From Octopus vulgaris (taxonomy: Eukaryota): 64,000 nucleotides of DNA. Within the stretch, counting starts at the first letter, position 1, and the number at the start of each line of letters is the position of its first letter. Below are positions 26,986-39,518 of the stretch, one piece after another. Below the pieces are notes generated by a model. The model saw only the letters and a list, made by a program, of their open reading frames with translations. It made no database searches and had not been told where the DNA came from. The DNA lies in NCBI GenBank assembly GCA_951406725.2, contig OX597817.1:113336001-113400000 (forward strand). The letters are read 5' to 3'. Both the position numbers and the translations under genes were made by a program.

Positions 26986-29478
26986 AGTATGTGTGTGTGT
27001 GCATTTTCATGGGTGTTTACAAGCTGTGGTGAGCTACATTACAAACGTGACTTCTCCATTCGTGACTGGGCTGCAATTGGTTAAGTTTGTTTCCAACAAA
27101 TCATCTATCACAGCAATGCTTTTGAATTCTTCTGGAATTAAAATCTCCTTATTTGAAAAACTAGTAAAGGTTAATAACAGGAAAAGCATTTAGTTGTAAA
27201 AAATCCTTCCTATCTAACCCTCACTAGAATGGAAAAACATGTTAAATGACTGAACAAACTTAACAAGACTATTGATTCTCAACCAGTTCACTAAGTCTGT
27301 ATAGCAAAATAAAGCCATCAACATTGACAGTTACTTTCTGTTTTATATAGTATTGTAGTGAGACTCCTGAGTTCTGAGCCATCATGTTCAGGTTTCCCAG
27401 CACAGGACCATGACCTGCCATAAAGGGCAAAGCTAGTTATGGATAATCAATTGTGTCACCATAAACGGTATAAACACCTATGTGAACATGATAACCAATC
27501 AGTTTGGCTAGTTCAAAAGTGAGCAAGCTGGAATCTTCTTGCCAAATAGCCTCATCAAAGATTGTAGAAACTCTGTTAGGTATCATAAAAAAACTAGGAT
27601 TTTGAAGTTCAAGGCAGACAGATCAGAGGTGCTACTTGAAACTATGTTAGTCAGCTTTGTGATGAGACAATCTCATTCTTCCCGCTTAATTTGTTTTCAA
27701 AAATTATGAATTGTCTTTGTATTATTTTTTAGCATTATCGCATAATGAAAAGTTGTACTTATTCCATCTGATCTCTCTTAAATGCTGTTCTAGTTATTCA
27801 ACTACTGTATATATGTAGATGTTCCAGACTAATTAAAATGTATGAGAACTAACGCTGATATTAGCATGGTCAGCTGATAGAGTCATTAGTATGCCAAGCA
27901 GAATGCTTAGCAACATTTTGTCCTTCTTTATGTTCTGAGTTCAACTTCCACTGTGGTGGACTTTGCCTTTCATCCTTCTGGAGTCGAAAAAAATAAGTAC
28001 CAGTTGAACACTGGGGACTGATGTAATCGACTTGCCCCCCCCCCCCGCCAAATTACTGGCTTTGTGCCAAAATTTGAAACAGCCCACCAGATGTTATTCC
28101 ACTAATTACCACCCAACAGCCCCTAGTACCACACTTAAATAAGAAGCGTTTCTCCTAGATCCGGACATAGATCATTAGCAGAGTTAATTTTAAACATAAT
28201 CATTTACCAGTTACTCTCATGTCCATATTCTTGCAGAGGTAGATGGTGCTAGTTCATATTATGTAATCAGTCAAGCAATTTCTTCCTCACAGTAAAGTAT
28301 TCTTGTATACACTTCATGAACTAGATTATATTATCCATAAATTGAGCCTAATTTACAAGCCAGTTTATCAACACTGAAAGACCACTGCATCTGAATATCG
28401 TAAACCATTCTCCTTCACAACCATATTGATTTAAGCTATCTATATATTTAGATTATTTAATTATGAGTTATATTCATAAGGAGTTGCCAGTTGACAAAAT
28501 CAGTAATCTGGTATCTTATCAAACTGGTTGACCTTGTAACTGAAAACTGTTGCCACTATACTCAACAGATGTTTCTCTCTCTCTCTCTGGAAACCTACTG
28601 TTTCAGTTTTTTTTAAATATGTACACTGCATTTCTGTGCATTGTGAGAGGCAACTAAAAAGGTTGATGGCAGAATTGGCATTCAGCCATAAAACTTTTCC
28701 TCAGAAAATGTGTTCCATGAAAAAGTAAGCATTAGGTGTTGATGATGTCATCAATCATCTGTATCCAAAGGTAAATCAGCTGGTTACTTTTTAAATAGAT
28801 TAAAATAATTTTATTAGATTTAAACATTTTAATGTATTTCCTGTTTTATTTTTTGCAAGATGGTAGTGATCTGACCTTTCTCACTGACAAATTTTTAATC
28901 TCTTCATTTGTGGCCATCAAGCACAAAGATAATCTATTTGGATGCTTTCCTTTACCAATTAAAGTAGGATTATTGTTTTGCCCCAGACCAACTCTTAGCA
29001 GAAATATGATGGGAAGGCTTTCCATAGTCCTCACATCTTTTTTCAGACATTATATAATGTAGTCTTGCTAATATGTTCTTTCCTTTTTAAGATAGCAAGA
29101 TATGTTTTAATGAAAATTTGACTGCTATCTCTAGCAGGCCGATTGGCCATGTAGAAGGTTTGTTGCTTAGTGACTCTGACAAAGGAAGTAGTATGGTGGA
29201 TTAAACTGAAAGTGGTTGAGAACGTGATTAAAAAAATTTTTTTTTTTAATCTTGCCACAGTTTGAAATGGTAAAGAGAGAATTAATGCTTTAGCAGATTT
29301 GGTAGTGATAATTGGTTCACTTCTCTTTAATTTGCAGGTGATGCACAGAGAATGTCTTTGAGCTGAATGAGATTTGCATGGGCTTTGTCATTTCAGAATT
29401 CCCTTTGAATATCTATCCCCTTTCTCTTCCATTATTTTCAGTGATGTGAAGAATACTTACATAATTTTTAGAAAATTG

Positions 29479-29706
29479 TGAGGTGGGTGCTGAAAACTTC
29501 CTGGCTTTGGGTTAAAAAAAAATACAGGAGGATCAGTTAATTATGATTTTATTTAATATATCCCCCTTTCAGATTTACACAATTATTGCAGCAGTCCTTC
29601 AGTTTTTCTAAGCCCTATAAAAGAACTCGGAAGGTTGGGCTTCCAACCAGGCCTTTCACGATACTCTTAAAGGCAGGAACTTTTCAGCACCCCCACCTCC
29701 CCCGTA
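29479..29706. mobile_element. Mariner-like MITE
   Basis: Inverted termini GAGGTGGGTGCTGAAAACTTCCTG / CAGGAACTTTTCAGCACCCCCACCTC. Confidence 0.7.
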
Positions 29707-30066
29707 CATATGACACACTGGTTTCTTTTGTTTTTATAATCTTCTTTTGATGCCTTTGTAGCAAGTAGAGAATACTGGTTTCAAATTTTGGCATGAAGCC
29801 AACAATTTCGGGGAAGTGGGTAAGTTGATTGCATCGACTGTAGTGCTTATTTTATCGACCCTGAAAGGATGAATGGCAAAGTAGACCTTGGCAAAACTTT
29901 AACTCAGAATATAAAGATGGATGAAATACCATTAAGCATTTTGTCCAGCATGCTAATGATCCTGCCAGCTCACTAATATATAAAAGTATTACTAATATTC
30001 CCTACTTTCAAGTAGAGAATATTAGTGATACTTTACTGTTATTTGAATGTCTAATCTCTCTTTCAG

Positions 30067-30143
30067 GTATTTGCTGTCCGAGCTGGTGGCACCACTGGTG
30101 TGGTGGTCAAGGGCCCTGATGAGAAAAGTAACCTAACATTCCG
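30067..30143 (+). CDS. RMC1: RMC1 exon 2
   Basis: tttcag|VFAVRAGGTTGVVVKGPDEKSNLTF(R)|gtaact; matches VFAVRSGGATGVVVKGPD. Confidence 0.95.
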
Positions 30144-30674
30144 GTAACTTCGGTTTACTATTTTTATTTATTTTACAATAGGCCTTTGAGTATAGAAAAA
30201 AATTCTTATACAAACATCTTGCATGTACAAATAGGAAAATGGTATAAATGATCAATTGTACATCAATGAATATTATACAGTGGCAGAAAAGGTACCATTT
30301 AAATGATGGACTACTTTCTGCATGGCTACAGTATAATAATTCTGGTAATATTTTGGACTCTATGTATAAAATTGATATTTCAAACATTTTGTTTAACTCT
30401 ATGTCAGTCCTGATCAAGCTAAACTGTGATGAAAGGTGTTTTAACTGTGACTTTTTGTTTATAAAGAACTTCATTGTTTAACCTTTATTGTATGGGAACT
30501 GAGTATGTTGAGTTTTGTGTATGTGCACTTGATATACGAGAGCTAAGTTGACTCATTTTTGATGGTGGGGTACTTTATGGAATTCTCAACATTTCGTGAC
30601 ATAGAACACATATTTTATTTTTACTGACAGAAAGAGGTTGCAAGAACTGATTTGCCTATAATTAGCATGTTAAC

Positions 30675-32010
30675 ATCACCATCATCGTCGTTTAACGTCC
30701 ACTTTCCATGCTAGCATGCATTGGACAGTTTGAGGGCTCCAATCAAATCTGGCAAAGTTTCTACAGTTGGATGCCCTTCCTAACACCAACCACTCCGAGT
30801 GTGCAGTGGGTGCTTTTTATGTGCCACCGGCACAGAAGCCAGCACTGGCACCAACCACACTCAAATGGCACTTTTTACATGCCACCGGCATGGGAGCCAG
30901 TCAGACGGCACTGGCATCAATCACGCTCGAATGGTGCTTTTTATGTACCACCAGCACGGGTGCCAATCAGGCGGTAGTCATCAGCCATAACAATGACTTC
31001 ACTTGCCTCAACAGATCTTCACAAGGGCAGTTTATTGCCCAATGATTGAAGGGTACTCTTAAATGGGCTGGTTATGCTGCATTGGTATAGGCCACAGTTA
31101 CAGCCTCACTTGGCTTGCCAGGTCTTCTCAAGCACAGCATATCTCCAAAGGTCTCAGTCATTTGTCATCGCCTTGGTGAAGCCCGATGTTCGAAGGTCAT
31201 TCATCTCCACCTTATCCCAGGTCTACCTCTTCCACAGGTTCCCTCTACTGCTAGGGTGTGACACTTTTTCACACAGCTGTCCTCATCCATACACAACACA
31301 TGACCATACCAGTGCAGTCGTCTCTCTTGCACACCACATCTGATGCTTCTTAAGTTCAACTTTTCTCTCAGGGCGCTTACACTCTGTTGTGTATGCACAC
31401 TGACATTACACATCCACCAGAGCATACTAACTTCATTTCTTGCAAGCTTATGCATGTCCTCAGCAGTCACGGCCCGTGTTTCACTGCCATGTAGCATGGC
31501 TGTTCACACACATGCATCATACAGTCTACCTTTTACTCTGAGCGAGAGGCCCTTTGTCACCAGCAGAAGTAGGAGCTCTCAGAGCATCCAGTGCCGCTAC
31601 TGACTTGGTCACCTAGATAATGGAAGCTATCGACTAGTTGTAGTTTTTCCCCCTGGAATGTGGCAGAAGCTGTTTCCTGCACATTTTCAGTGTTTATTGC
31701 CCCTGAGCATTTGCTAAAACTATAGCCTCCATGTATGCCATGAAAGCCCCCTGCATGTTGTCCAACATACCCATTGAAGTCGCCAGCCAAAAAGAGAAGG
31801 TCCCTGTCCATTCATCGACAAGGCAGTCTGCAAGAGGGTGTCATAAAATCGGTCTTTCTTTTCATCAGATAGCCCCAGCTGAGGGGTATAGCTTAAGATA
31901 ATGGTTGCTAACCCATGTTGTAGCACTAATCTAATCTTAAGTATTCTATCACGGACTCTGACTGCCTCAGTTACCTTATCAACCCATTTCTCTGCAAGAA
32001 GTAAACTCTG
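30675..32010 (-). mobile_element. Internally deleted RTE-clade LINE
   Basis: APE endonuclease remnants (YTPQLGLSDEKKDRFYDTL, LAGDFNGYVG) joined directly to post-RT sequence (CSGAINTENV..LHGSET..RRLHWYGHV), then 3' UTR repeats and a (GAT)n tail. Same family as 34968-37022. Confidence 0.88.
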
Positions 32011-32451
32011 ACCCCATCAAGTAAGAGTTGATATGTTCTTTTAAGATGATATAATGTGATTTGAGGGAGATTTGGTAGCAATTTCTTGCAGGCTGAGCAC
32101 CTGCATAGTGGTTTCCTCATTTGTCCACAAGCAATTTTTGTTGCACCCTTTGATAAAGCACATAATCATACTTAGCTTAGCAGTAGCAATGAAACAGTCA
32201 TGAAATCATTTACTCCAAACTGATAAAATTAAAACTCTAGAATAAATCAGTCTTCACTTAAACTCTATGGAATCTTGACGCCAAACTTAACTTTGAACAT
32301 ACACATTCACTTTCTTTGCCATCTGAATTTATGAAATTTTCTAATTGGAATTTATTAAAAAAATGTTTAAAAATCCATTATATATATATATATATATTTG
32401 GAGATTTATTATTGTCATCTCAATTTTTCTATCATTGCTTATTCTTTTCAG

Positions 32452-32536
32452 AATGGAAGATAGAGGGGAAGTTATTTCTATCAAATTTTCACCTGACCGA
32501 AGAATACTTGGTGTTCAAAGATCTCTCAAGTCTGTC
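32452..32536 (+). CDS. RMC1: RMC1 exon 3
   Basis: ttttcag|(R)MEDRGEVISIKFSPDRRILGVQRSLKSV|gtacgt; phase is compatible with exons 2 and 4. Confidence 0.92.
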
Positions 32537-32725
32537 GTACGTAAGATTTTTCTTTTGATGGATGTTGGTAATTAGTTGTGACACTTGAACAAGGCTACAA
32601 TATTGCAGCAGTTTTGTTTCTACTGCTATTATTTCAGGGATTCAGATCTACTTAATGTTTCTATTTTATATCGAATTTAAAGCTGTGCATAGTGATATTG
32701 ATAGGATATAAATAAACATATATAT

Positions 32726-33452
32726 CAGTGGTTCTCAGTAGGGTTCATATGGCCCTTGGAGACCCATATATGATTTTGTTATTAAAATTTATGTACAGTA
32801 AACAGAATATTTTAATTTTTTTATGCAGTTCATATTAATACTTAATTATAAAATTACAGGGGGATTTTTAGATGGAATTCTGCTTTATGCACAGCATATA
32901 ACCCCTCGACTTTTTTTTTATATTTTGGAATTTGCAGAAAATCTTTGTGGATTTGTGTTCTACACTTAAGAAATCATATGACTATGCAAAAACAAAAACA
33001 TTTTTTTTGTGTGATTTAAGGGGTATTTAGGTGTTATTTTTAACACAACTCATGACCACCTCACACTGTCCTTGTTTGTTTGTCACTCTCACATATTAGT
33101 TTTTTTTCGATATCTTTCTCCCCATAAACACATTTAATGGTTAAATTGCTGGGATTTAAGCAAAAACTTTGGACTGTCCATATTTTAAACTGTGATTTAA
33201 GAAAAAAAATTTCAAAAAATTAAAATAATTTTTTTTTTGCATAGTCAAATGATTTCCTGTGTTTAGAATACAAATTTGCAAAAGTTTTATGCAAATTCCA
33301 AAAAGTAAAAAGGTTTTGAGGTGTTATGTGCCATGTGTAAAGAAGAATTCCATTGATTTTATTTTTTATATGCATCAAATGGCTATGAAGGTCCTGGAGA
33401 GTAAAACAGAAACCAAAGGAGTCCATAGGCAAAAAATGGTTGAGAACCACTG
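32726..33452. mobile_element. hAT MITE containing a nested TIR element (about 32874-33351)
   Basis: CAGTGGTTCTCA..TGAGAACCACTG with TSD ATATATAT / ATATAAAT. Inner element has imperfect TIRs GGAATTCTGCTTTATGCAC.. / ..GTGTAAAGAAGAATTCC. Confidence 0.78.
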
Positions 33453-34038
33453 ATATAAATGATAAACTGCGTAACAGCAAATTTTATACATCTTGAAAAA
33501 CATATTAATTAGCTGGACATTTGACCACATGGCTTTATTATAATGGCTATAATAAAATTTTAAGTTCTCTGTTGTATTGTTGCTGATGCTGGATTATGTC
33601 TATAGCCAAGAGACTCATGTCTGAATGGTCAAGTCCATCTAGCCATAAATATCTATGAATAGGTGATATAATTTGTTGCTGCTAGTGTTATCCCTGATTC
33701 AGTAGACCTATGATCAATGATGTTCCAAGCCTGAACATCTCATATTTTTACATGTTGGACATTACATTATCTCATGCATCCTTTTTTTCTTTCTTTCTGT
33801 TTTTAAGACAAGACATGAGAGTGTGATTTAAGGAAGATTTGGCTACTATTTTTAGCAGATGAAGCAAACATTTAAAGGTTCCCTGATTATTGTTAAAGTG
33901 GAAATGTATTTTGTTGACTTTCAATGCTGAACTCAGTTGCTGCTAAAGACAAAAATTGTTACCCATACCTAAATTTTAGTCCCAGAACAAGATTAACTTA
34001 ATGCTATTGGAAAGTTGAGTATGTGGGTCTTTATGATT

Positions 34039-34545
34039 CATCATCATCATCATCAAGCGTCCGTTCCCCATGCTAGCATGGGTTGGACGGTTCAACTGGG
34101 GTCTGTGAAGCTGGAAGGCTTCATCAGGCCCAGTCAGATCTGGCAGTGTTTCTACGGCTGGATGCCCTTCCTAACGCCAACCACTCCGTGAGTGTAGTGG
34201 GTGCTTTTTACGTGCCACCCGCACAGGTGCCAGACAGAGCTGGCAAACGGCCACGAACAGATGGTGCTTTTACGTGTCACCGGCACGGGGGCCAGGCAAG
34301 GCTGGCAACGGACACGAACGGATGGTGCTTTTACGTGCCACCAACACGGGGGCCAGACAGAGCTGGCAAACGGCCACGAAACGGATGGTGCTTTTACGTG
34401 TCACCGGCACGGGGGCCAGGCAAGGTTGGCAACGGACACGAACGGATGGTGCTTTTACGTGCCACCAACACGGGGGCCAGACAGAGCTGGCAAACGACCA
34501 CGAACGGATGGTGCTTTTACGTGTCACCTGCACGGGGGCCCTGAT
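34039..34545 (-). mobile_element. RTE LINE 3' end with expanded ~60-bp tandem array (about 34195-34540)
   Basis: (GAT)n tail and 3' UTR nearly identical to the reverse complement of 36800-37022; alternating A/B units anchored on GATGGTGCTTTTACGTG. Confidence 0.88.
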
Positions 34546-34853
34546 GTTGATCGACCTCAATTTGGTTCTGCTTTCTGATATATGTATTGATTTGGTTTGA
34601 TTTTGATTTTGACTGTTCTCACTGGTCTTGCCGGGTTTTCTCGCGCACAGCATACTTCCAAAGGAAAAGATTACTCAAAATCCACTGATGTATCTGCCTT
34701 TCATGATCTCATCATCCACACTGAATCTCACCTTGCCCCACTCCCTCATACTATATTTTAAAAAGCCAACAAGGGAACCTCTACACAATTGCACTCAGCC
34801 TGCTAGAATTTTTTTGTTTTCTTTATATATAAAGCTTATAATTTTAATTGCAG

Positions 34854-34916
34854 GAATTCCTCAACTTTAGTTCTGATGTTGTTCCTGACAATATGGAGTA
34901 TTCACAGACCTGTAAG
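34854..34916 (+). CDS. RMC1: RMC1 exon 4 (63 nt, phase 0-0)
   Basis: ttgcag|EFLNFSSDVVPDNMEYSQTCK|gtaggt; matches DFCNFIPDNSQLEYTQECK. Confidence 0.9.
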
Positions 34917-34967
34917 GTAGGTTTTAATTACATTTTATTTGTAAACTTCTAATTTTTCATTTTTATG

Positions 34968-37022
34968 AAGGTGATGCCCTAGATACAAATAACTACAGAG
35001 GTATCAAGCTGTTGGACCAGGTGATGAAGGTTACGGAGAGGGTCATAGCCCAACTAATTAGAGAGAGAGTTAGTTTAGATGAGATGCAGTTTGGGTTTGT
35101 GCCAGGGAAAAGTACTACTGATGCTATATTCCTGGTAAGGCAGCTGCAGGAGAAATACCTAGCCAAAGATAAGCCCCTGTACCTGGCTTTTGTTGACATG
35201 GAGAAAGCCTTCGACAGGGTCCCCCGATCCCTTATCTGGTGGGCAATGAGGAAACTAGGGATAGATGAATGGTTAGTGAGAGCTGTGCGGGCCATGTACA
35301 GGGACGCCGCTAGTAGGGTGAGGGTTGGAAATGTGTACAGTGAAGAATTCCGGGTAGAGGTAGGAGTCCACCAAGGCTCAGTACTCAGCCCCCTCCTATT
35401 TATCATAGTCCTCCAGGCAATAACGGAGGAATTCAAGACAGGATGCCCTTGGGAGCTCCTCTATGCTGATGACCTTGCTCTAATTGCTGAGTCGCTATCA
35501 GAACTGGAGGAGAAGTTTCAGGTGTGGAAACAAGGATTAGAATCGAAGGGCCTCAGAGTCAATCTAGCTAAAACCAAAGTCGTAATCAGTAGGAAGGTAG
35601 ACAAATCACAAACACCTTCAGGTAGATGGCCCTGCTCGATCTGTAGAAAAGGTGTAGGTAGAAACTCTATAAGATGCACCAAGTGTAAGCTATGGACACA
35701 TAAGAGATGCAGCAATGTCAAAGGAAGGCTAACTAGGAAGATGGTTTTTGTATGTGGCAGATGCTCAGGAACAATAAACACTGAAAATGCTCTGAGACCA
35801 ACTTCCGTCACTTTCCAGGGAGAAAAACTAGAAATAGTGGATAGTTTCCGTTACCTAGGTGACCAAGTCAGCAGCGGGGGCGGGTGTGCTGAAAGTGTAA
35901 CTGCTAGAGTAAGAATAGCTTGGGCAAAGTTCAGAGAGCTCTTACCTCTACTGGTGACAAAAGGCCTCTCGCACAGAGTGAAAGGCAGACTGTATGATGC
36001 GTGTGTACGAACAGCCATGCTACATGGCAGTGAAACATGGGCCGTGACTGCTGAGGATATGCGTAAGCTCGCTAGAAATGAAGCCAGTATGCTCCGATGG
36101 ATGTGTAATGCCGGTACTCACACTCGGCAGAGTGTAAGTACCTTGAGAGAAAAGCTGGACCTAAGAAGCATCAGTTGTGGTGTGCAAGAGAGACGTTTGC
36201 GCTGGTATGGTCATGTGGCGAGAATGGATGAAGATAGTTGTGTGAAAAAGTGCCACACCCTAGCGGTTGAGGGAACCTGTGGAAGAGGCAGACCCAGGAA
36301 AACCTGGGACGAGGTGGTGAAGCACGACCTTCGAACTTTAGGTCTCACTGAGGAAATGACTAGAGACCGAGACCTCTGGAAGTGTGCTGTGCGCGAGAAG
36401 ACCCGGCAGGACAAGTGAGTCCATAACCCGTGGCCTTCTACATGGGATGGAGCCAGCCTACGTATGCATACCTTCCCTTCTTGGGACACAAAACTCTACT
36501 TGTGAAGACGTGATGAGGCAAGTGAGGATCAGAATCGAAATCGATCAATGGAAATTGCGGATGTGCTACCAGTGCCGGTGGCATGTCAAAACTCTGCTTG
36601 TGAAGACCCGTTGAGGCAAGTGACGATCAGAATTGAAATCGATCAATGGAAATCGATCAATGGAAATTGCAGATGTGTTACCAGTGCCGGTGGCATGTAA
36701 GAGAACTTTCCGTTTCGCGACCGTTGCCAGCACCGCCCCGTTTCGTGTCCGTTGCCAGCCTGGCCTGGCCCTCGTGCCGGTGGCACATAAAAAGCACCAT
36801 CCGTTCGTGGCCGTTTGCCAGCTCTGTCTGGCACCAGTGCGGGTGGCACGTAAAAAGCACCCACTACACTCACGGAGTGGTTGGCGTTAGGAAGGGCATC
36901 CAGCCGTAGAAACACTGCCAGATTTGACTGGGCCTGATGAAGCCTTCTGGCTTCACAGACCCCAGTAGAACCGTCCAACCCATGCTAGCATGGAAAACGG
37001 ACGCTAAACGATGATGATGATG
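34968..37022 (+). mobile_element. Young 5'-truncated RTE-clade LINE with an uninterrupted RT ORF (35012..36418)
   Basis: NYRGIKLL, QFGFVPGKSTTDAIF, FVDMEKAFDRV, GVHQGSVLSPLLF, LLYADDL, FRYLG and RLRWYGHV with no stops; 3' UTR ends in (GAT)n. Confidence 0.95.
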
Positions 37023-37373
37023 TTGCGAGTGCATGTATTCACTCACATGCACAAACACATACACAGGCATGCAAAAGGCAGGGAAGGCAGATGAGTAAGA
37101 TTCTGTACATCTGACATAGAGTTTATTACTATGAAATTTGCTGCAAGCATTTTCACAGATTTCATTTCAGTCAAGTTATAAAGTGACTAGAATATTGATA
37201 GATTCAGTGTTGATCTGAAGTGTGTAATTTCTTCTCCAGATCTATGCCTACATTACATTCATCTGAAAAACAGCCTATGTTGTAACAAAAGATCTGGAAC
37301 TTATCCTATCTGTCATAGAATTCAACTCAACTGTTGAAATACATTTTCCTGCTTGCACTGGAAAATGTTTGCA

Positions 37374-37790
37374 TCATCATCATCATTGTTTAATGTCTGC
37401 TTTCCATGCTAGCATGGGTTGGACGATTTGACTGAGGGCTGGCGAACCAGATGGCTGCACCAGACTCCAATCTGATCTGGCAGAGTTTCTACAGCTGGAT
37501 GCCCTTCCTAATGCCAACCGCTCCGAGAGTGTAGTGGGTGTTTTTACGTGCCACTGGCATGAGGGCCAGTCAGACGGTACTGGCAACAGCCACACTCAAA
37601 TGGTGCTTTTTATGTGCCACCTGCACAGGAGCCAGTCCAGCGGTACTGGCAATGACCTCGCTCGAATGTTTTTCACGTGCCATCAGCACAAGTGCCAGAA
37701 AGGCAACGCAGATAATGATCACGCTTGAATGGTGCTTTTTATGTGCCACCGGCACAGAGGCCAGTTTGTTGCTCTGGCAACGATCGCACT
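37374..37790 (-). mobile_element. RTE-type 3' tail fragment with ~62-bp tandem units
   Basis: CATCATCATCATTGTTTAATGTCTGCTTTCCATGCTAGCATGGGTTGGACG.. Similar tails at about 9378-9541, 17060-17266, 19625-19875, 39770-39950, 58585-58760, 60490-60955 and 62020-62280. Confidence 0.82.
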
Positions 37791-39214
37791 TGTATGGTAC
37801 TCGGAAAAATTTGGATTCAGCTTTCACAAAACACTCACTAGCCATACAGTACTCCTACTATCTTCCACTGGCCCATCATGGACTATGGTCATTGAGAGGT
37901 AAATGTCTTTGCTAGGGATGTACTGTATTGCTGGTGATGGGATTTAAAACAGCCACCCATCACTTATTGTGTTCTTAGACAAGATTCTTAATTCTAATTA
38001 GCCCAATATATTTGACCAGAAAATACGTAAATAATCCCTAAAATGGTTTGGTGCTTGGAGTGGTTACTTGTTAAAGCTTGTTAAGAACTCAAACCTTTCC
38101 TTTTTTGTAATGGGAAACATATTTGTAGGTTAAATAATTCCTTTCTGGAGCAATGAAACTCACAGTCAATGAACCTATGTCGAAGACTGCCCATGCAACT
38201 CAAATGTACTTCTTGTAGAAGAGGTGGGTTCAAGTCTCATTGGCAGCCTTCAACATTTTCTATCCAAAGGGTTTTTGAACAGATATTTACATGTTATTAT
38301 TCATAGCTTTATCAGCTTTGGGTTTCACTGTTTCAAAAAGGAATTATTTCACATTTTCTCAGTTTCTAAATTCTTATGATGTCAACAGCATATTTATGGG
38401 TATTTTTCATTGGTGGTTATTTATAATCTCAATATCATAATATATGAAAGTAATCAATTGTTGAACTATGATCATTCCCACTTGAGGCAATTTCACATAT
38501 TGCACTAAGACTTTAGGTTGGAGGTGGACGGGTGCTTTCAAGCACACCTACAACTTCATATCTATACAAAGTACATGTAATTATAAAGAAAATTGCTATT
38601 CCTAGTTTCTAGGTGTTGTTTCTCCTTATCTTTTCAATTGTATTCACATCAAAATATCCATTTTGTCTATAAAATATTATTATCTGGTCTTTTAGCTGTG
38701 TCTTTCAATCTTTCCACTCTCTCTCTCTCCCTCCATAGGCTCAAATTACTAATCTCTTTATATACTATTCAGTAGACTCAAACTAAAAAAAAGGGGGCCT
38801 AAAAACTTGCCCATTTGCTTTGTTGCACTCTTCTACCTCATTTACAACCATCCAACATGCTTCTCCTTATTTCTTCTCCAACAAAGGGCCCTATCTAGAA
38901 TGTTTGTATTCACCTGCCTAAACAACATACTAACCTATTCTATATTATGAACTCTATCACCTATTAGTTTGGCTACTTTATCTTTAGAGAAAATGGTTAC
39001 TGCAAAGAGATGTTTTTTAAAAAAATGGTGTTTACAAAAATCATTCCAGATTTATTTTGCAATTCTAAGATTTCTCAACCAGTTCAGTTTATTTGAATAT
39101 ACATACAAATACAGCAAAAATGTAGAATTCAGTCTAAATTGCTGGACCAACACAAATAAGAGCAATTACAAGTCATAGCAAACAGATTTCATCAGTAACT
39201 GGCAATATTAAACA

Positions 39215-39388
39215 TACAGTTCTATATTTAAGAGATGAGGAATTATGTACATTATTTACATTTGATGGATATTTGTCCTCATCTTGTTTGTTGTTAACAC
39301 AACATTTTGGCTGATATACCCTCCAACCTTCATCAGGTTTCTTGGAGAAATTTCAAACCTGGGTTCCCATTCCTAAGATATTTTTTGA

Positions 39389-39447
<59 letters not shown>

Positions 39448-39518
39448 TCATTGCCTGGAATCGAACTCGGAATCTTGGGATTAGTAGCCCGCACTCTTAA
39501 TCACTACACTATATGCCC
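39215..39518 (-). mobile_element. tRNA-headed SINE with hammerhead-like motif, copy A (full length)
   Basis: Head GGGCATATAGTGTAGTGATTAAGAGTGCGGGCTACTAATCCCAAGATTCCGAGTTCGATTCCAGGC, (AAT)n, decayed hammerhead at 39296-39341, 3' hairpin AGATGAGGA..TCCTCATCT. Confidence 0.85.

Noticed and set aside
34195-34545. CRISPR-like look of the repeated GGTGCTTTTACGTG motif (also 30800-30970 and 37535-37780)
   Set aside because: The intervening segments are homologous to each other, the array lies in a LINE 3' UTR, the DNA is eukaryotic and there are no cas genes.
34917-34985. Possible RMC1 exon 4 fusion to the LINE RT via a nearby AG at 34970
   Set aside because: Splicing there gives GTG ATG CCC TAG, out of frame with the RT; read-through of the donor also hits a stop.
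36505-36550. Hammerhead-like GTGATGAG..CGAAA in the RTE 3' UTR
   Set aside because: Sister copies read CCGTTGAG or CTGTTGAG (36609 and about 31015 minus), and there is no convincing stem II or stem I pairing.
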